A DNA stretch of 63,028 nucleotides, filler included, from Lenisia limosa (lineage: Eukaryota; Protista; Breviatea): NCBI GenBank assembly GCA_001655205.1. It is 9 parts of 9 records of this genome, joined end to end, with 100 filler letters (N's around TTAATTAATTAA, not from the genome) between each part and the next. Parts side by side here need not be neighbours in the genome. Positions count along the whole stretch, not along the records: positions 59,280 to 63,028 come from LPNZ01004250.1; 8 more parts are not named here. One strand, 5' to 3'. A program made the position numbers and the translations under genes. Positions 62,021 to 63,028 of this stretch are shown piece by piece. The notes under the pieces were generated by a model. It made no database searches, was not told the DNA's origin, and saw only the letters and a program-made list of their open reading frames with translations. Position 1 is the stretch's first letter. Each line of letters begins with the position of its first letter.

Positions 62021-63028
62021 GATTGAATGATAAAAAAATGGGGTTAAGTTCACTATTTGATGCTAGATAAATTCACTAAACACAAACTGTACTATATTAT
62101 ACCTCCACTTTCAAAAAAAAGTACTTTGTTGAGGGAGAAAAGATAGTTATAAGCCTCCAACCTACCAAATCAGGCAAGTTGCCTTATCGAAGGAATCGAG
62201 CCTTCCAGATGAGGAAGGTTCAAGCCGGTCCTGTGGCGATTTGGTCTGAGATAGGCCTTATCTAAACTGCTCTTAAAGGCAGCTCACACTGCTAATCATC
62301 GTTCTTTGTCATGATGATAGGCTACAAGGATATGGTAGTTGCAAAGAGGATGATCATAGAACCTACCTTCCTGTAGGCAGGAGGCTTGACGTTATTGTCT
62401 CTAAAGTAGCTATTCATTTCGATTAAGATGATAGAAGAGCCTTGGCTTGGCATAGAGCAAGCTGATCTCGTTTCCTCTAATTGCATAGTGGTCTTCTCGT
62501 GTCTTCTAGCGTATCTTTCGGCTTATTTTAAGAAGAATAAGTGATTAACAGGAGCTAATGACATAAACTTCAATACGTTGGTAATTTAGTGATTTTTTCG
62601 GATTTTGGACTATTCCAGTAACGAAAACTGTGTTTTCAATCATTTGCTCCAATTCGCTTCATGCTCTTCATCCAGTTGGGTAACCACCATCAGCTTATTA
62701 TGTTATTATTAAGCTCTTCCACAACCCTAGTAAGTAATCGAGAAAGTTATATTACCACGACCAGAATGATGCCGATATAAATAACCCCAAAGATCCATGG
62801 TACAAACGTAATCTCCATTACATACTGACCAACACGTCAGATAAACACAACCACCACAATAAAACAATAAGTATACAAAACAAAAAACAAACGATAGTTC
62901 AGATCTTCTGAAAAGCAAGCGTTCCCCAAAAAGAGTCAAAACAGCGATAAAAAGACTCATAATTCGGCTTGAAGGGCTGAGGCTGTTTTCTCCAACAGCT
63001 GACAGGTCACGTCAAATGGCTGCTCATC

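Overview
Draft genome of an extremely intron-rich eukaryote using the standard genetic code (stops TAA/TAG/TGA seen); the lineage cannot be assigned from sequence alone. The window is NOT contiguous. It is nine scaffolds joined by eight artificial 100-nt N44-TTAATTAATTAA-N44 spacers, with many internal N gaps next to poly-G/poly-C runs. Genes recognised by splicing exons by eye: TMEM62-like metallophosphoesterase, ACSBG-type acyl-CoA ligase, p47/Shp1 (SEP-UBX), LLPH-like protein, mitochondrial HSP60 (>=19 exons), occluding-loop-less cathepsin B, AMP deaminase, DDX46/Prp5, an ADAM/reprolysin prodomain gene, an LRR/coiled-coil gene and tRNA-Gly(GCC). Two candidate systems stand out. (1) Intron-specific repeat families (A and B) shared by unrelated introns on different scaffolds. 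Family A reads ...TTTTACTCCCCAG at acceptors and occurs reverse-complemented behind a donor, suggesting an introner-like element whose inverted ends supply both splice sites. This goes with about 10 introns/kb, GTNNG donors and G-run/C-run intron ends. (2) A stack of 5'-truncated non-LTR retrotransposon 3' ends starting about 50 bp upstream of, and divergent from, the tRNA-Gly gene, reminiscent of tRNA-targeted TRE5 elements. There are also more than 20 copies of a ~100-bp hAT-like MITE with 8-bp TSDs and several smaller TE families. Gene spans are manual and approximate; no database searches were run.
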